Shown here: positions 1 through 27,489 of the stretch, in pieces
How positions within the stretch are numbered: the first letter of the stretch is position 1
Layout: each line of letters begins with the position of its first letter
NCBI GenBank assembly: GCA_012295275.1
Contig: CM022675.1
Location: forward strand, 15,252,001-15,316,000
Direction: 5' to 3'
Length of the DNA: 64,000 nucleotides
From: Chrysomallon squamiferum
Taxonomy: Eukaryota; Animalia; Mollusca
Program-made: the position numbers and the translations under genes
Notes under the pieces: generated by a model
What the model was told of the DNA's origin: nothing
Database searches by the model: none
Seen by the model: the letters and a program-made list of their open reading frames with translations, nothing else

Positions 1-2980
<2,980 letters not shown>

Positions 2981-5900
2981 TAAAGCATGACGCATACTAT
3001 CACTATACAGACATCTCTTTTTCTTTTATTTGTAACTAGACGTGCATTTAGTTGTTACAACTCTAACCACTGTGAATTAACTTTGAAATAACTGCAGATT
3101 TGTAAAACAAATCTTTTTATTTTAATTTGTTTCGTATTTTTTATTTTATTTTTCTTTTATTTCTTTTTTTACTTTTTACCTTTTTTTTTTTCTTGGTATT
3201 CTTTTTCAGCAGAAACTGGTTGTACCAAATTAGTGATCAGTTGAAATCAGTTGACACATTATTAATAATTGTTTATTTTCTTTATTCAAACTCTTTACTG
3301 TCATGTAATTTAATTTTTTAATTTATATTTTATTTAACACTCAGGAGGCCACATGATATATGAGAGAGAAAAAAATTGGATTCATTTTAATAAAGTCCTT
3401 GAATTTATCACTCTTCTGAAAAACAAAATATTTTGTACAAAACCATTTTTAGTATTTCATTAAAGAAGGAGACTTCCATTAAAATAATAACACACCATTC
3501 ATAATAATTTTAATGTTGAGGTGATTATGGATAAATAAATAAAAATTAATCATTTATACATCCTCTGGCTGACAGATGTATATGAAGTTCTAAACTTTTT
3601 TTTATTGCGTTTCAAATGTTTATTATGTGCATTTGTTTAGAGTATTTAATTCCGAAGAATACTGTAGAATAAAGAAGAATCAAGTTACTTTACTTATTAA
3701 TTTTAATTTCTTTATGTAATTATTATAGTAGGTTCACCATAAAATTGAATGTATCATTAAAAAAATAATTACCTCCCCTTGATTACTCTAAGCTGAGTAA
3801 CTGTTGTGCTTCTTGTTCACGTTGTAGTCGTTTTCAACAAAAATATTTTGTTACCTGGAGTGTAACCTGTACATTTTGTTAAATACACTTTTTGTACATA
3901 AAACTTTTATACGATTAACATCATTAAAATGAATGTACATGATAATTATTTTTAATAAAACAGACATATTTAATTTAATAATCTATTTCCGTCGAAAATG
4001 CGTTTATTTATTTATTATCATCATCATTATTATTATTATAGTAATTATTGCATATATAAAAAACTAATTAATCAAAAAATATAAGATACTTGCTCAAATA
4101 TATTAAATTTAATAAATAAAAATTTATCGTCAGTGTATTAGTAATGTTAGCAAAATGAAGACATTACCTATGATGTTATATATGGTAAAAATGAAAGAGT
4201 CCTACCTGGACGTTGTTCACGGCTTTGTTAATATTCGTTTACAGATATAAAATATAAACAGTTTTAATCTATTAAATATTTAATAATTAATGAATGTGAA
4301 ATAAGTCAGTGAAAAAAGAAAAGACACTTGAATATAGAAATCATGTATTTAATAATGTTTAATTTAGTTTGCTTGCATATTAAAAAAATGAAATTACCCA
4401 TGATAACAAAATATAAATGGGTAAAAATAAGTAATACATATTAGAAAATATATGTGACAACAAAAGTTACATGTTAACTTAACAATACGATAAGTATAGC
4501 TACAGTTTAAAAATCTGTAACTAAACAAAAACGTTTGTTTTTGTCTAGTAAAGTATTTGCAGTACTAAGCACATGCACATAAAACTGAACAAAAAATTAT
4601 CTTTCTTGTTAATAAAGTAAAAAATGTGTATATTTACAATTAAATACGAAAACATGGTCGTTTTATATAAAACGTATATTTAAATCAAAGCAGTAAGCAA
4701 AATAATTTTATCATTTAAATTAAACTGAAGTTTAAATTCAGTAATATTAGAACATTGAATCATCTTTCGTAATTTATATTAGGAACAGTAACTTTGTTTT
4801 CAGATTTAGTTTCTCTGAAGGCACCTACAGAGTAGAAATAGATCACTAGAGAAAAAAGAGAAAAGAATATTGTGTGTGTGGAAGTGGATCAGAAAACGAA
4901 CTAAGAAACTGTGTGTGTGTGCGTCTATAAATACATAACATTTTTTTTTTCTATATGTTTCAACTTACTTGAGTCTGCATGACAGTAACTACGAAGAGAA
5001 GTTGTAAGTACTGAAATTTTCCTCTTGTACATAATCTGCTGTGACTCTGTCAGACACTTTGTATTTTGAGAACAGTCAAGAAGAGCTGACAGTTTGCTGA
5101 TAATGAAGATATTGTATAAATAAGAAAAGAAAGAAAAAAAGACACACATGATTCATTTGATAAATCCCAAAATATACAGTCAACTAATATGAAAAAAAGA
5201 AGAAAAAAAAACATTTTTTATAATACTACCTACTTATGAAAATCAGCTCATTTAAAAATAATTTTAATATATTTACTAAATTTAACTGTGACAAAAATTA
5301 CATACATAAACACACACAGCGACAAAGATGGACATATACACACATAAATGTAATATTTACCTGCAAATTTCATTGGAGTTAGAAGTGAATGAAAAGACGG
5401 ACACAAAATTCAACAGACAACTTTCAAATGATGGGCAGGTCTCCAGCCGCTGTTTGATTTCAGGGTCTGTAAAATTCACTTTATGGCTCAAAATAACATT
5501 TATCTAAGAGAAACAATATAAATTATTTTCTTTCAGCTACGATTGTTCACAGTTATTTCTTATAAACAGAAACGTGCAAATTCACACTGTACAGCATTTT
5601 ATACAACAATAACTAGTTTCGTCATATAATTCACAGCAGTACGTAATAAATTACGATACATACCACACGATATGTTGTACAATGTCATAAACTGATAAAC
5701 TCTCAGCTGGTCTACAGGGGAACATGAGGAAAATATTTTCTCCAGACAAATTATAGATGGCTGAAAGTTGCTGGAACAAAACAAAATAAAAAATACATGT
5801 AATAATAAATAAAAAATAAAATGTCTACATATTTTATAATAATTATTTAGATTTTAGTCTTCAAAACATTTGTACAACAGTTTAAAAGGCAACAGTATGG

Positions 5901-6200
5901 ATGAGTGTGAAATTGACAACCCGTCCTTCCATACTACTGTACATATTATTATATTTATCATCACTACTTCTACTAACTACTACTACTCCTCCCCACGTCT
6001 GTGTATTTTACTTTACGTGTACGTTTTTCAAAAGAAAGATTCTCACATAGGCTACTGACTATCGATCAAAGTGAGAAATCAAACATAATTTGAACATAGC
6101 TATTATGAATTACATTATTAAAAATATACCGTTGTTGTACATCTTGTGAAAAAAAAGTAGGAAAAAACATACAGAAATGAATGAAAACGAGAACAAAAGA

Positions 6201-6232
<32 letters not shown>

Positions 6233-6947
6233 CTTTTTATATCTCTATTTAACCATATTCAGAATGTACGTTTATGGAAATTTAATTAAAAGTTTTAAGT
6301 GTGTAATTTGTAAAAAATAGTATATTAATAAAAATAAAATACTATTTTAACATTATCAAGTAAAATCCTTTTCATGTTAATAAATACTAAAATATTTCGA
6401 ACAGGTGTCCTACCTACAAAATGTGGACGCCTGGAAATTAAGAACCAGTGAAAGCAATTCTGTTTGACAGTTCAAAATACAGCTGTCGGCCTGCAAAACT
6501 AAATTAAAATAGATTATCAGCAATGAAACCACAGCATACTAACGGTAAGGAAGATAGCAAAGACACAGTTATAATGTTTGTAACATTAAAACCCAAACCA
6601 GTGCAACTTGATTTTACTTACTGATCAATGGTACACACATACATAGATATATGTTCATACCTGATTACATATTTTACCTGTGAACAGGGTCGCTAGGATG
6701 AGGAGTTGATAGACCGCCATGTTGTCAGCTCCAACATAAAATATATCTACGTAATAAAGTATTCAGTTTTATTTTTATTATTTTTTTAACAATAACTAAG
6801 TGCGCGTTTATTGAATATTCTTCTTACAGAAATTTTTTCTGAATGCCTTAATGCACCGTTCATTTTAAAAGGCAAGAGAGATATTAAAAATATATTAAAT
6901 AGAGCGAAACAAAATACATGCATACATACACACATTCATACAAACAT

Positions 6948-7028
6948 ACATACATACATACATACATACATACATACATACATACATACATACATACATA
7001 CATACATACATACATACATACATACATA
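6948..7028. repeat. (TACA)n microsatellite
   Basis: Directly visible. Confidence 0.95.
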
Positions 7029-7770
7029 GTTAGTTGCTTACATAGCTTCATACATTACCATAACAATATGTATAGTGGCTTCAAGCAGAAAATATGAACA
7101 AGTTTGTGTTGAAATTAATACTTAAGCTATATATTTAAACTGAATCATCCAGGCAATACAGAGCAAGTGAAGCAGAACATAAACTTTGTAACTACTGAGT
7201 GAACATGTTACAAAAAACGACTCATAAAAAGTTATCTTTATAATTGGCAAACGAGTATAGGTTGAAACGAGGATTGAAAATGTTAGAGGTAATGTTAGCA
7301 AATGGTATCCTGATAGAGAATGTTGAAAACTACGCAAATCAGAAACCAAGACAAGACAGGTGAAGAAGAAAATCACGGATCTTTGAGGGAAACTTTGGCA
7401 CCTGCTTGAAGAGACAAGTTTACCACTCACATATACACACACACTTATCGCTTTAATGTTGTAAAACAATACAAGAATTTTAATATGTACACATTTTATT
7501 TACTTTACATCACAGCTATAAATATACATTATTATGCCATAGAAAATACAAAATATATACAACAATGTAATTAATTTAACGCACATTATCTTTTGACATT
7601 AAACTGTTCACGTAATAAGTCAAATTCCACAGCTTTCATAATTCAGTACTAATAAAATAATATATTAAAATTTTCACAATACACTGAGTAGATATTGAAG
7701 CATCAAGTATATATATATTTCAGAATTATTATAGAAATATATGAGTTCATTATAAGAAATGTTTCACAAT

Positions 7771-8030
7771 ATTTGAACAGAAACTGCAATACATATTTCG
7801 ATAAACTATTGTCTGTTACCATTTGAACTGACTTATAAATACGTACTACATTAAATTATTTTCCGTTATCATTTGAACTGACTTATAAAAACGTACTACA
7901 TTAAATTATTTTCTGTTATCATTTGAACTGACTTATAAATACGTATTTCATTAATCGGTTGTCTGTAATTATTTAAACTGACTGAAATACCTATTACATA
8001 AAAACTAATATTTGTAACTATTGAAACTCA
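7771..8030. repeat. 50-bp minisatellite, about 5 copies, degenerate at both ends
   Basis: atttgaactgacttataaa-like unit starts recur at 7771, 7821, 7871, 7921 and 7971 (exact 50-bp period). Confidence 0.9.
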
Positions 8031-10526
8031 TCGTGAAAATATTTTTAAAAAAAGGAAGAAAAAAAACATGTTTATATTAAAATAAACAGCTAAAAAATTA
8101 ATCTGAAAGTGATATACGTCTGTATTAAAAGTCTCTGAAAACTGAAACGGACAGTGAAATAAATACTGTGTTAAATACTTTTTGCAACTGCAACTGAATA
8201 TCTGTTTTGTTATCTATCTGTGAAAAATGAAAATAATAATTAAATATATATTTCGTTATAAAAAAAAAAAAAAAATCCCAAACAACAGCAAACAAATTAT
8301 GAGAATATCGAAAGAAACAGCGGAAAATCTACGTACAAATACGCATAAAAAATTAAAAGCTGACATTTAAAAAATGATTTCATTGCAGCATATAATCTTT
8401 AATAGTAAAACTGATAATGAATTGTATATTTTCATAAAATGAAGTCAGAAATTATTTTATTTCTTTAAAAATTGTCTAACATAAATTTTTTTTTTTTTAA
8501 AATGACGTAATTCTGTGGGTGAGGTATCGTTAAACGTACATTTTTAATTTTATCTGTATGTTTAAATTCGTCTGTCCACATGCATGCACTCACTTATACA
8601 AATCCACTGTCTAGATGTTTTCTGTGTGGTTGTGTAAAGAAAACAGAAAGGTAAAACATAAGAAAGAGTAAAAAATTTAATATGATAGGAGAGTTTGATG
8701 AAGTCAGAAAGAAAAGAACAAAACATATACAAAACCACGAGTCAGGTCTGACAGACGTTCTATTATCAGCTGTATTGACGAGTTCTCATTTCAACTGTAT
8801 TTCGCAAGTTGTTTTGATTATTCTAACATTGCTCTATATCCAGCAAACATCTTTTTTTAATCATTCTAAAACAAAAAACATAAATTATCAGGTGATAAGA
8901 ATAAATGGAAACCTAAAACACACACACAGAAAATTATCTCAAACACCCATCCATTAAAATATTAAAGCATATACACACCTATGCAAAGTATATAATTTAT
9001 AGTTGAACACAGAGATAAAACAATGAGTATAAACCCGTAGATACCCATTCTAAAACCTTACCATGTTTAAGCAAGTGAAACAAATAATTTTTATATTAAT
9101 GCTACAGTTTGTGTGTCTATATAGATGTGTAATTTTGAATTTCACAAACAGCTAAATGTAATATGTGCATCATTCAGTAACTGGTTTCTGTATGTAAAAT
9201 GAAAAGTAATTTTAGATATCTGTTCAGTTATTCAATAATGATACTAATGCTAATACTAGTAATAATAATAATTATTATTATTATTATTATTATAACAGCA
9301 ACAACAATAATTATAATAACAATACAACAACAAAACGAGACAAAACCCACAAGAAATAAAAGTAACAAAAAAAATAATAATAATAAAAAACACACACACA
9401 AAAAAACAATAAAACAACGAAAACAAGCAGAAACCTGTCTTATACAGAAATTATACTGACCAAAACTGATAAGAAGGTTTTCCGTACGTTTTTATATAAT
9501 TATATATAATCGAAATCAACTGAATAGACAAAATTCGCGAAGTTAATAACGGCAGATATAATAAATAATAACACAAACTTTTGTTTATAGTCAGTGTACA
9601 AAAAAAACAACAAAAAAAACAACTAAAATATAAAATGACACAGTAATGATAAATTGAAATACATGTATAGCAAGGAAATAAAGTTTAAAATAAAACTATC
9701 ACATAAAATAAAATAAATATTATTTATACAGTTATGATATATAAATGGGCAATTTGATAAATAGATATTTACAAAAGTGAAGCGGAAAGCACAATAATTT
9801 TAACCTGAGTAGAATAAGACTAGGATCTACCCACTATTATATATTCTAATATTCATTTAATAGTCACTATTAGTAAGTACAGCGCTGAAAACAGAATAAA
9901 TAGAATTAACAGATTGTATGTATATGCTATATTAAAAAAAAATATTGTAACATTATCAATTAAGTTTATTTAAATGTTATCAACATTTTACTTTTTCTTT
10001 CCTTTCATTCTTTTTTTTAAATTTATTTTGTACTTATTATTGTTTATTTATTTATTTTATTTTATTTTATTTTATTTTATTTTATTTTATTTTTATTATT
10101 ATTATTTTATTTTATTTGTTTTTGTTAACATTATTTATTGCTTAGTTTTAATTTATCAGTTCATCTCTCACTCTATACAGTTATCTACAGCACATCTTGA
10201 AAAAATACTACACAACGTGAATGCAAGACGATTATGTTATTTATATACGTGGTTCAGTAATGTACTCAGGACACGTTATCTGCTTATTAACTTTCTGTGC
10301 GTTTTTCTTCTATGTTTATATCCTGATCAAATCGCTTCATATCCCAGTCTCTAATAAGAAACCTCACTGGGTCAGCGTCTAACCAGTCAGACAAGATTTT
10401 CAAATTATTATCCCTGAGTCATGTTGAAACGAGACAGTCTTGTTTAACTCAACAATACCATCAAGTAACCCTTCACTTTTTCATACAATATCAAACATGT
10501 GTACATCGGTAAGACTCTCTGTCATA

Positions 10527-20185
<9,659 letters not shown>

Positions 20186-20324
20186 TATTTTTAGGAAACC
20201 AGGTAAAAGTCCAACAGGTAAATTAGAAATCTGCTTTTTTCTCTCTCGGAATAACCAAACCAAAAATAATATGTATTTTGCAGTTGATTCACACACTATG
20301 TGCAGTTTTCTCCAGCTTCTGCTG

Positions 20325-20413
20325 TTTTATAGTCAATGTTAACACGACCGCCTCTGCTTGGACAATGTGGACAACATCTAACCAATCAGTTTTGTCATTA
20401 GGGTCAAAGGTAA
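20325..20413 (-). promoter_or_regulatory. Putative core promoter of the Kunitz gene: TATA box, CCAAT box, DR1-like nuclear-receptor element
   Basis: TATAAAA on the minus strand at 20331-20325 (~140 nt upstream of the ATG), aaCCAATcag at 20382-20386 and GGGTCA-A-AGGTAA at 20401-20413, in canonical spacing. Motif-based only. Confidence 0.5.
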
Positions 20414-20816
20414 AACATGTGAAGTAAGATTTTTTTTCCTCTCTCCTTGTAGTTTATATACACTATGCTGAATTATAACGTGTGCACGCGATATTATGCA
20501 CGCGCGCTAGCAGACTATTGTAGATAAAGATATTTTTCTCTTGCCAAAATAGTCTCTAGATTTAAAAAAACCCAGTTGTTCAGTTGTAGCTTATATAGAA
20601 AACCATGATAAATATGTGTGGAGATCACATAAAGGAATTTTTTTATTATTATTATTTATTTTATATCTTTTGTCGATGTAAAAATTTAATATTTAACAAT
20701 AAAATATAGAATAAAACGATTCTTGAACTCTCTTGACCACGAACGATAACCATAAACTATCTTCCTATCAAAAGCAGAGATGAAAATGTACAACTGTCAT
20801 CTTAGACAGACAGAAA

Positions 20817-20821
<5 letters not shown>

Positions 20822-20910
<89 letters not shown>
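20822..20910. repeat. (AG)n microsatellite
   Basis: Directly visible. Confidence 0.95.
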
Positions 20911-20912
<2 letters not shown>

Positions 20913-23900
20913 AATTTATTCAAAACTTCGTTTTATAAAAGCTGTAGTCAAACAAAATTGTTTTTCCTATATATTTGCAATATTATTTAATAAAAAGGCA
21001 CATCCACGAAAAAAAGTGTTGAATCTGAAATGTTTATATAAAATTGTTAAAAATAGCTGATGTATTAGCTAAAAAGCATAATCAGATCAAGATGCTATTT
21101 ATTACAGGATAGAGATATCTGAACGTTATTATAACAGTTGTGAATATGAGACAGAACGCCTTTAGCTAACATTAATCAAATTACAATTAACAAAATTTAA
21201 CAAAAGCTTGTAGAAGACAGGAAACAGAAGGTCTCTCTTTCCTGATTGCCTAACAGAAGACTGTAGGAAATTAGTCATATATGTTTTCCAGATTTTTATA
21301 AATATGACTTATTGCTTTTTAAAGATAAATATAAATAAAAGCAAGTTGTACTCAGGTAATGTTTATGATTCCAGTTATGTTCACTTCTATAACTGAATAT
21401 CTGTGTTATAAAGTGAAAGCAACTTCAACCTTTCAAAAATAAATCTGAGTACAAGCGTGTAAATGTGTCATCTAATTCAAATGTATTACTTCTGGTCGTA
21501 TTTCAACCAGAGTTTGTCAACCGAGAGATAGAAAGACAAGGTAAATTATTCGTGGAAATACGGAACTAATGAATGGAGTTTACCTTCAGCCATCTGTAAA
21601 TACATCAGCTACAAACAACAAACTATGTCTGTTACCTTCTGATTTATCTACAAAAACCAAAAAATAATAATAAAAAATAAAAACCTTTTTTGTAACAAAA
21701 CGGTATGACGTTATTGACACTCATATTGTTCTGAAGGCTTGCAGGCAAACTATTTATATTTCTGGAATGTGGGAAGTTCTGCATTTTTCAATAATCTTCA
21801 CTTCCTTCTGCACATGGAATGTTAAATACTAATGTGTGATAGTCATATACATTCTTTGATAAAAACGTCTTGCGTTCTGCACTTTATGGTTAGAAATATC
21901 TTTTGTTTCTTTATCATATTTAATTATGTTTTTAAGTAAATAATTATGTACTGACCGTATGCTTCAAAACATAATCAGCTTAGTTGGAATTATAATATTT
22001 GCTGTTGTGAAATGATTAGGAGGTACTATTTAGAGGTCAGTTTTAAAGTAAGATTGTCATAAATTCTTCTTAAACCAGTAGCATGATAAATACAGCTATG
22101 TTACTACGTTCCCATTGCCAAGTAAAAAACATACAGTCAAATCGCAAAAAATCCGCAGGTATGTTGTTCCATATCCCCGGCGAGTTTGATTATATTGCGA
22201 AAAATATGACATAAAAAACACAATTTTACTCATAAGAAATGCTAAAACTCATAAACTGAGTGCAATGTCTGCCACCAGATGAAAACAATATACTGTACAG
22301 TAATTACATTTTTTGTATTCCGATCAACCGAAAATACCGATTCCTTTTCAGCTGCACAAGATTCATTTCCTGGGTTTATGCCTTGATTTATGATAATGAT
22401 AATATCTAACTGAAACAAGAAAGAATAGTGATTTAATTCTTGTGTGCCACGATAAATAAACTGTTGTTAGGGAAATCTGTGTATTGGTTTCATTGTGGGT
22501 TTTTTTTATATTTCAATAACTTCCACATCAGTTTTTCAAAACTACCTTTCGTAGATTTTAGGCATTCATATATCTTAATTAATCAAAGTTTGTCATTCGA
22601 AACAAATGCAACAATTTGTTAGTATTATGAATTTAGTGACAGACTCAGGCGCAATCTTCAAACAAAATTGCTTTTTGAACCTTTATCATTTTATCTGAAA
22701 TTCACGTATTCCGTGGACAAGAATAAAAGTAACAACTGATACTGAAATCGTTTGACTTGTGACAGGTTACAGAAATAATTGCACTTCTTAGTCCTGTCAT
22801 GAACATGAATTTATAAACAGGCGTGGCTAAGCCGAGAAAACGTGAGCTGTTTTACAGAGGACAGCACGTAATGTTTCTGCACCAGACAGCACCTGCATAG
22901 TCAAATTAACTAGGAAAAAATAAAAATACTGCTCTCTAGTTTATGGTTTTTTCGGCCTGTCCTGACCAAACAACCACCAGGGAAAAGAAAATATCTATCA
23001 TGTTCGTAAAAATATGTTTAACCTGTATGTTTGTCATAAGAACTAAAAGGCGAAGTTACACAGAAAATGAAACTAAAATTATAGTTAGTTTGTCTAACAA
23101 AGCAGTACAAACTTATACCGATATGTATAATTATGTGTTTCATGAAAGAAAAAAAAAAAGAGTAAAACAACAGCATTATCGTCTTCAGAATGGAGTAATT
23201 ATGTATGTGTCAAGGTTTGTGGTGAGAAAACAAAATCGACATTCTCAGCGTCATAACAGAACTGAATTTTGTCAGCTTGGAATTCGTCACACGAAGTTTT
23301 AAAATTCATTGCTATGGTGATTTGTGATCAGATCTCAACACATACATTACGTTCTTTTTTACCTGGTGTAGAAAAATACAGCATAATGAAATAAAAAATT
23401 AGCAAATTCCTTAACTATAATCATCTCTCATTCAATATTTTTTCCTTTGTTTATTTTTATATCAGTTACTGTCATTAAATATACATGAAATAAAATGGAT
23501 TAAACTGAATCTTTTTTGTGTGTTTTTAAGGTAAAGCGCTGTGTAGCCGTATTCACATACACACGCACGCTCTCACGCGCACATACACACACAAGTATAC
23601 ACATTAGCCACACAAAAGTATAAACAAATGCTGGTAAACAGCATAATGTGATCACGGAGGTAGCGACTTACCAGACAATTAACTATAGTCATCTGACTGA
23701 TATCCAAACTATGTGCATTAACATTTTTGATTTATAAATTCTGTTGTTCTGTTGTGTATGTTATCTACGTGAGTCGCCTCTGTTTTGCTTTGAACATGCA
23801 CGTGTTTTATTAGATTCTGTTGACATAATAAATCAAATAATTTCTAAAGTTACAGTTTAAAGTAGCACCGGATATTTATAGTTACCTTATTCTCGGATTC

Positions 23901-24903
23901 ACAATTTCGAAAGTACAAAATATCGATTGTCACAATAAATTGGGGAACCGGTGTATTTTCGTCCGATTACTTTTCAGCCATATGTCCCTGCAGTTAAACC
24001 TGTTCAGTCTGGGTTTTGGCCTGACCTCGGTCAGTAAACGAAGACGTTGCAGACAAAGAGATTAATTTACACGCCAGTGGTATATTTTTATTGTGTAGTT
24101 TTGTTATTGATGATTTCCTATGTCACTGATTTTTGCATGCATCACTTTCTTTATTGTTTGTTTATTATTATTATTATTTTCTTCTTTTTTTTTTTTTTTT
24201 TTTTACAAAATACACTGCATAATATTTCTTTCCTTTGTTACGCTCCAAAGATTATTCAGCCAACCGAACAACATATTTATTTTATTATGATCGCGGCATG
24301 AAGGTTAGTGGTCAGATACTGCACATATTATTTTTTACTGATAAATGTACAAACTGTACATTTCACACAGCCTTTAACTCTCTGAAATAACAAAGTACTG
24401 GACTAGAAGGCGGTAAAATAAGAAACAATGCTGTGACATAAGACTAACCTAATTCCTGGAATTCCTTACGGTGACGCACAACAAACCCATGTGTGGACAG
24501 CGAAACACTTCTGTTTAGAGTCAGGGTCGTCAACTGGGCATGACGTCACCATAAGCAGCGAAATTCTCTAACGACGCGTCTGTCAGCTAGATGGTTCACA
24601 AAACAAAACAGCTTCTTGTTTTCTTACATGTGCTAGCTTCACACCATTGTTATAAATAGATGATGTTAAGTGAAAGAAAAGTTAAGTACTGGTGAACTAA
24701 TGTTGACAATGATGCTAGATAAACGATGGTTCGTTTTAACATTTTTGTTATAATAACGATCAGCATTATACATATATCTGTATCAAACATCTTTGTAAAT
24801 GAGAGGAGTTAAGATTATCTTATTATTATCATCCAGTGTACTTTTTCTTCTGCTTTTGTTTGTTTCTTCTTTTTTTTTTAATTTCACATTAATTCTCTTC
24901 AAA

Positions 24904-24904
24904 G

Positions 24905-24963
<59 letters not shown>

Positions 24964-24980
24964 AATAAATAAATAAATAA
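24904..24980. repeat. (ATA)n-(TAAA)n microsatellite
   Basis: Directly visible. Confidence 0.93.
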
Positions 24981-26603
24981 ATCATTATTTGTCAAGTGTC
25001 TATAGTTTTCATTACTATAATTTGTTTTTATTTTTATTTTATTTCGTTTTTTCGTTTTTTCCTAAGTTCTTTCTACCCAGTGAAGTTCTTTTCTCGGCAC
25101 CTCCACAGAAGTTTTGTTTCTCGACGAAGGTCACGTGATTTGACACGAGTCGACACTTACAAAAATGTTCACAAATGCTGACGTTTAACATGTGTACGTC
25201 ACATTCCTGACAATGTTCAGATTCTTTTGGGGTGTTCTACATGAAGAGAAGAACAGATTTTTTTAGGAATCGTGTTATTTCGTTGTCGGGTGGACAGTTG
25301 CTTATGCACTGACTATGACATCAAACTGTATGACAGATGGTGGAGGGCACTGAACGGAGACGTTTACTCTGACATTATTTAGAAGTATACTTATATGGCG
25401 CCTGCAAAATAATATGTGACTGGTTAGATTATTTATAATAACCCATTTTGTTCTTCATACATTAGATTCATGACAAGGAAATACATTTTAAGACATTTGA
25501 ACAAAATGAGAGTGTAAAAGTAGAAATATGAAAGAAAATGAAAACAGAAAGCATAAGAAGAGTGAAAGAGATATGATAGAGGCAAAGAGTGAAGGAAAGA
25601 GGCATATTAAGCCATTTTATTATCCATTGAAAATGAACATGAAAATATTGGTATTTTTTAATAATTATTTGGCTTTCAAAGTGACAAAATAATAATAATG
25701 AAAGAATAAAATAAACATAAATAAATAAATAAATGCAATTTGTTTTCACTCATCAAATGATACTTGCACAAATGAGGTATTGCATGATAAAATCACGCTA
25801 ATAAAAATAGATTACGCGTGAAAACTTGTTTACAACTTCGTTTATCAAAAAATTTCAATATTTGAAACAATTAAACATATGTGGTAAAAATAGGTCTGAT
25901 TTGTTCTAAATTTTCTTTCATTCTCTGTTTTGAAATAATCATTATTTTCCATGAATGATTCAAGTTTTATATTCTTGTCTTAGGTGGATGTATGTCTGTG
26001 AAAGGTACAACTTTTTAGATAAAATTAAAGAAGAGAAAAACTATTTAGGATCGATCACATAATCATCAGATCACAAAGATTTCTTAAACTTGAAAACTTA
26101 TGTAACTTTAAAGCTACAGTAGACGAAAAGAAAACATTAACAGACTGCTATACAAAATACACAAGGTCAAAGATTCTTTTGATGATGTGGGTTGCAAAAA
26201 GCGCCTTTGATTTAGCAGCTGAAGAAGAAAGTAATGTATGCGAGCACACCCTCATTGGTAGAGAAACAAATGGTGCACACATTAAACGTGTGAAGAATCT
26301 ACTGCATCCTGAGAAAATATAATTTGTAGTTATAATATGTAAGTCAGGTCTTTACTGCTTATGTTGTGAGTTATTCACCACTTGAACTAACATTGAGAGA
26401 ATCTATAACGAGCAGCGTCACAAATACCTCCTAATATTGGTAAAACAAACATATGTGATATTATTTTTGATTGTGGCTAATGATGTAGTGCTATTTTCGA
26501 TTTCTCAGAAAAATATAAGAGTGAACATTAAAAAGTTCCCAACATAAGAGTTTTAATAAATAAACTAACAAGGACAACGACATTTAGTCAACAGGAGTTC
26601 AAA

Positions 26604-26629
26604 CGCGCGCGCACACACACACACATACA

Positions 26630-26661
<32 letters not shown>

Positions 26662-26882
26662 AATACATACATACATACACAGACACAAATATACATATAC
26701 ACACAAACACACGCACATATATACACACAAACGCAAACACAAAACAAATACATACACACATGCACACACAAATACACACATATACAAACACACACATGTA
26801 TACAGACAAAAAGGCATATACATATACATACATACACAGACACATGCATACATACACAAATACATACATTCACACACACACA
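26604..26882. repeat. Degenerate (CA)/(TACA)-rich simple repeat
   Basis: Directly visible; source of three overlapping Cys/Val-rich spurious ORFs. Confidence 0.93.
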
Positions 26883-27380
26883 GTAAATTAATGTAAATGT
26901 GTAACACCCTGTAAATGCATTTTAAATAATTTTAGATAACAGAAACGGTTTTTTTGTTGTTGTTTTTAATTATATATATATATATTTTTTATTTTATTAT
27001 TATTTTGTTTTTTTTTTTGTTTTTTTTTAATGTAAATATGTTTCATTTTGACATTAATATAAGTTTCAAAAGAACAATTCGAAAAAGTGTCTCAGCCCTT
27101 TACCAACTAAAATGATTTACCTCTGACTTTTATTGTATTTTAAATGTTACAAATATCTGCTTGAAATGCTATTTTAGAGTTTTTAAAATAAATTTGACAA
27201 ATAATCCTGTGAGGGCAAATAATCACTCTAAATCAATAGCGATAACAATACGTTTGCAGCCTCACTTGTTTGTTATTGTAGTGTATTGTTATTTACAACA
27301 ATTGTTTCCATGTGTTAACTTCCAGTAATAAATTATGTCCTCTTTTTAGTTCAGCAGTTCTACTTGAAAATTTTAGCACC

Positions 27381-27393
27381 TCTCTCTCTCTCT

Positions 27394-27484
<91 letters not shown>
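27381..27484. repeat. (TC)n microsatellite
   Basis: Directly visible. Confidence 0.95.

Positions 27485-27489
<5 letters not shown>

Noticed and set aside
7771-8030. CRISPR-like regular repeat
   Set aside because: The units are fully tandem with no unique spacers, there are no cas genes, and the context is eukaryotic.
21584-21593. 10-nt micro-exon tttacag|ATGGCTGAAG|gtaaac on the minus strand
   Set aside because: Too short to distinguish from chance; its phase fits no downstream exon.
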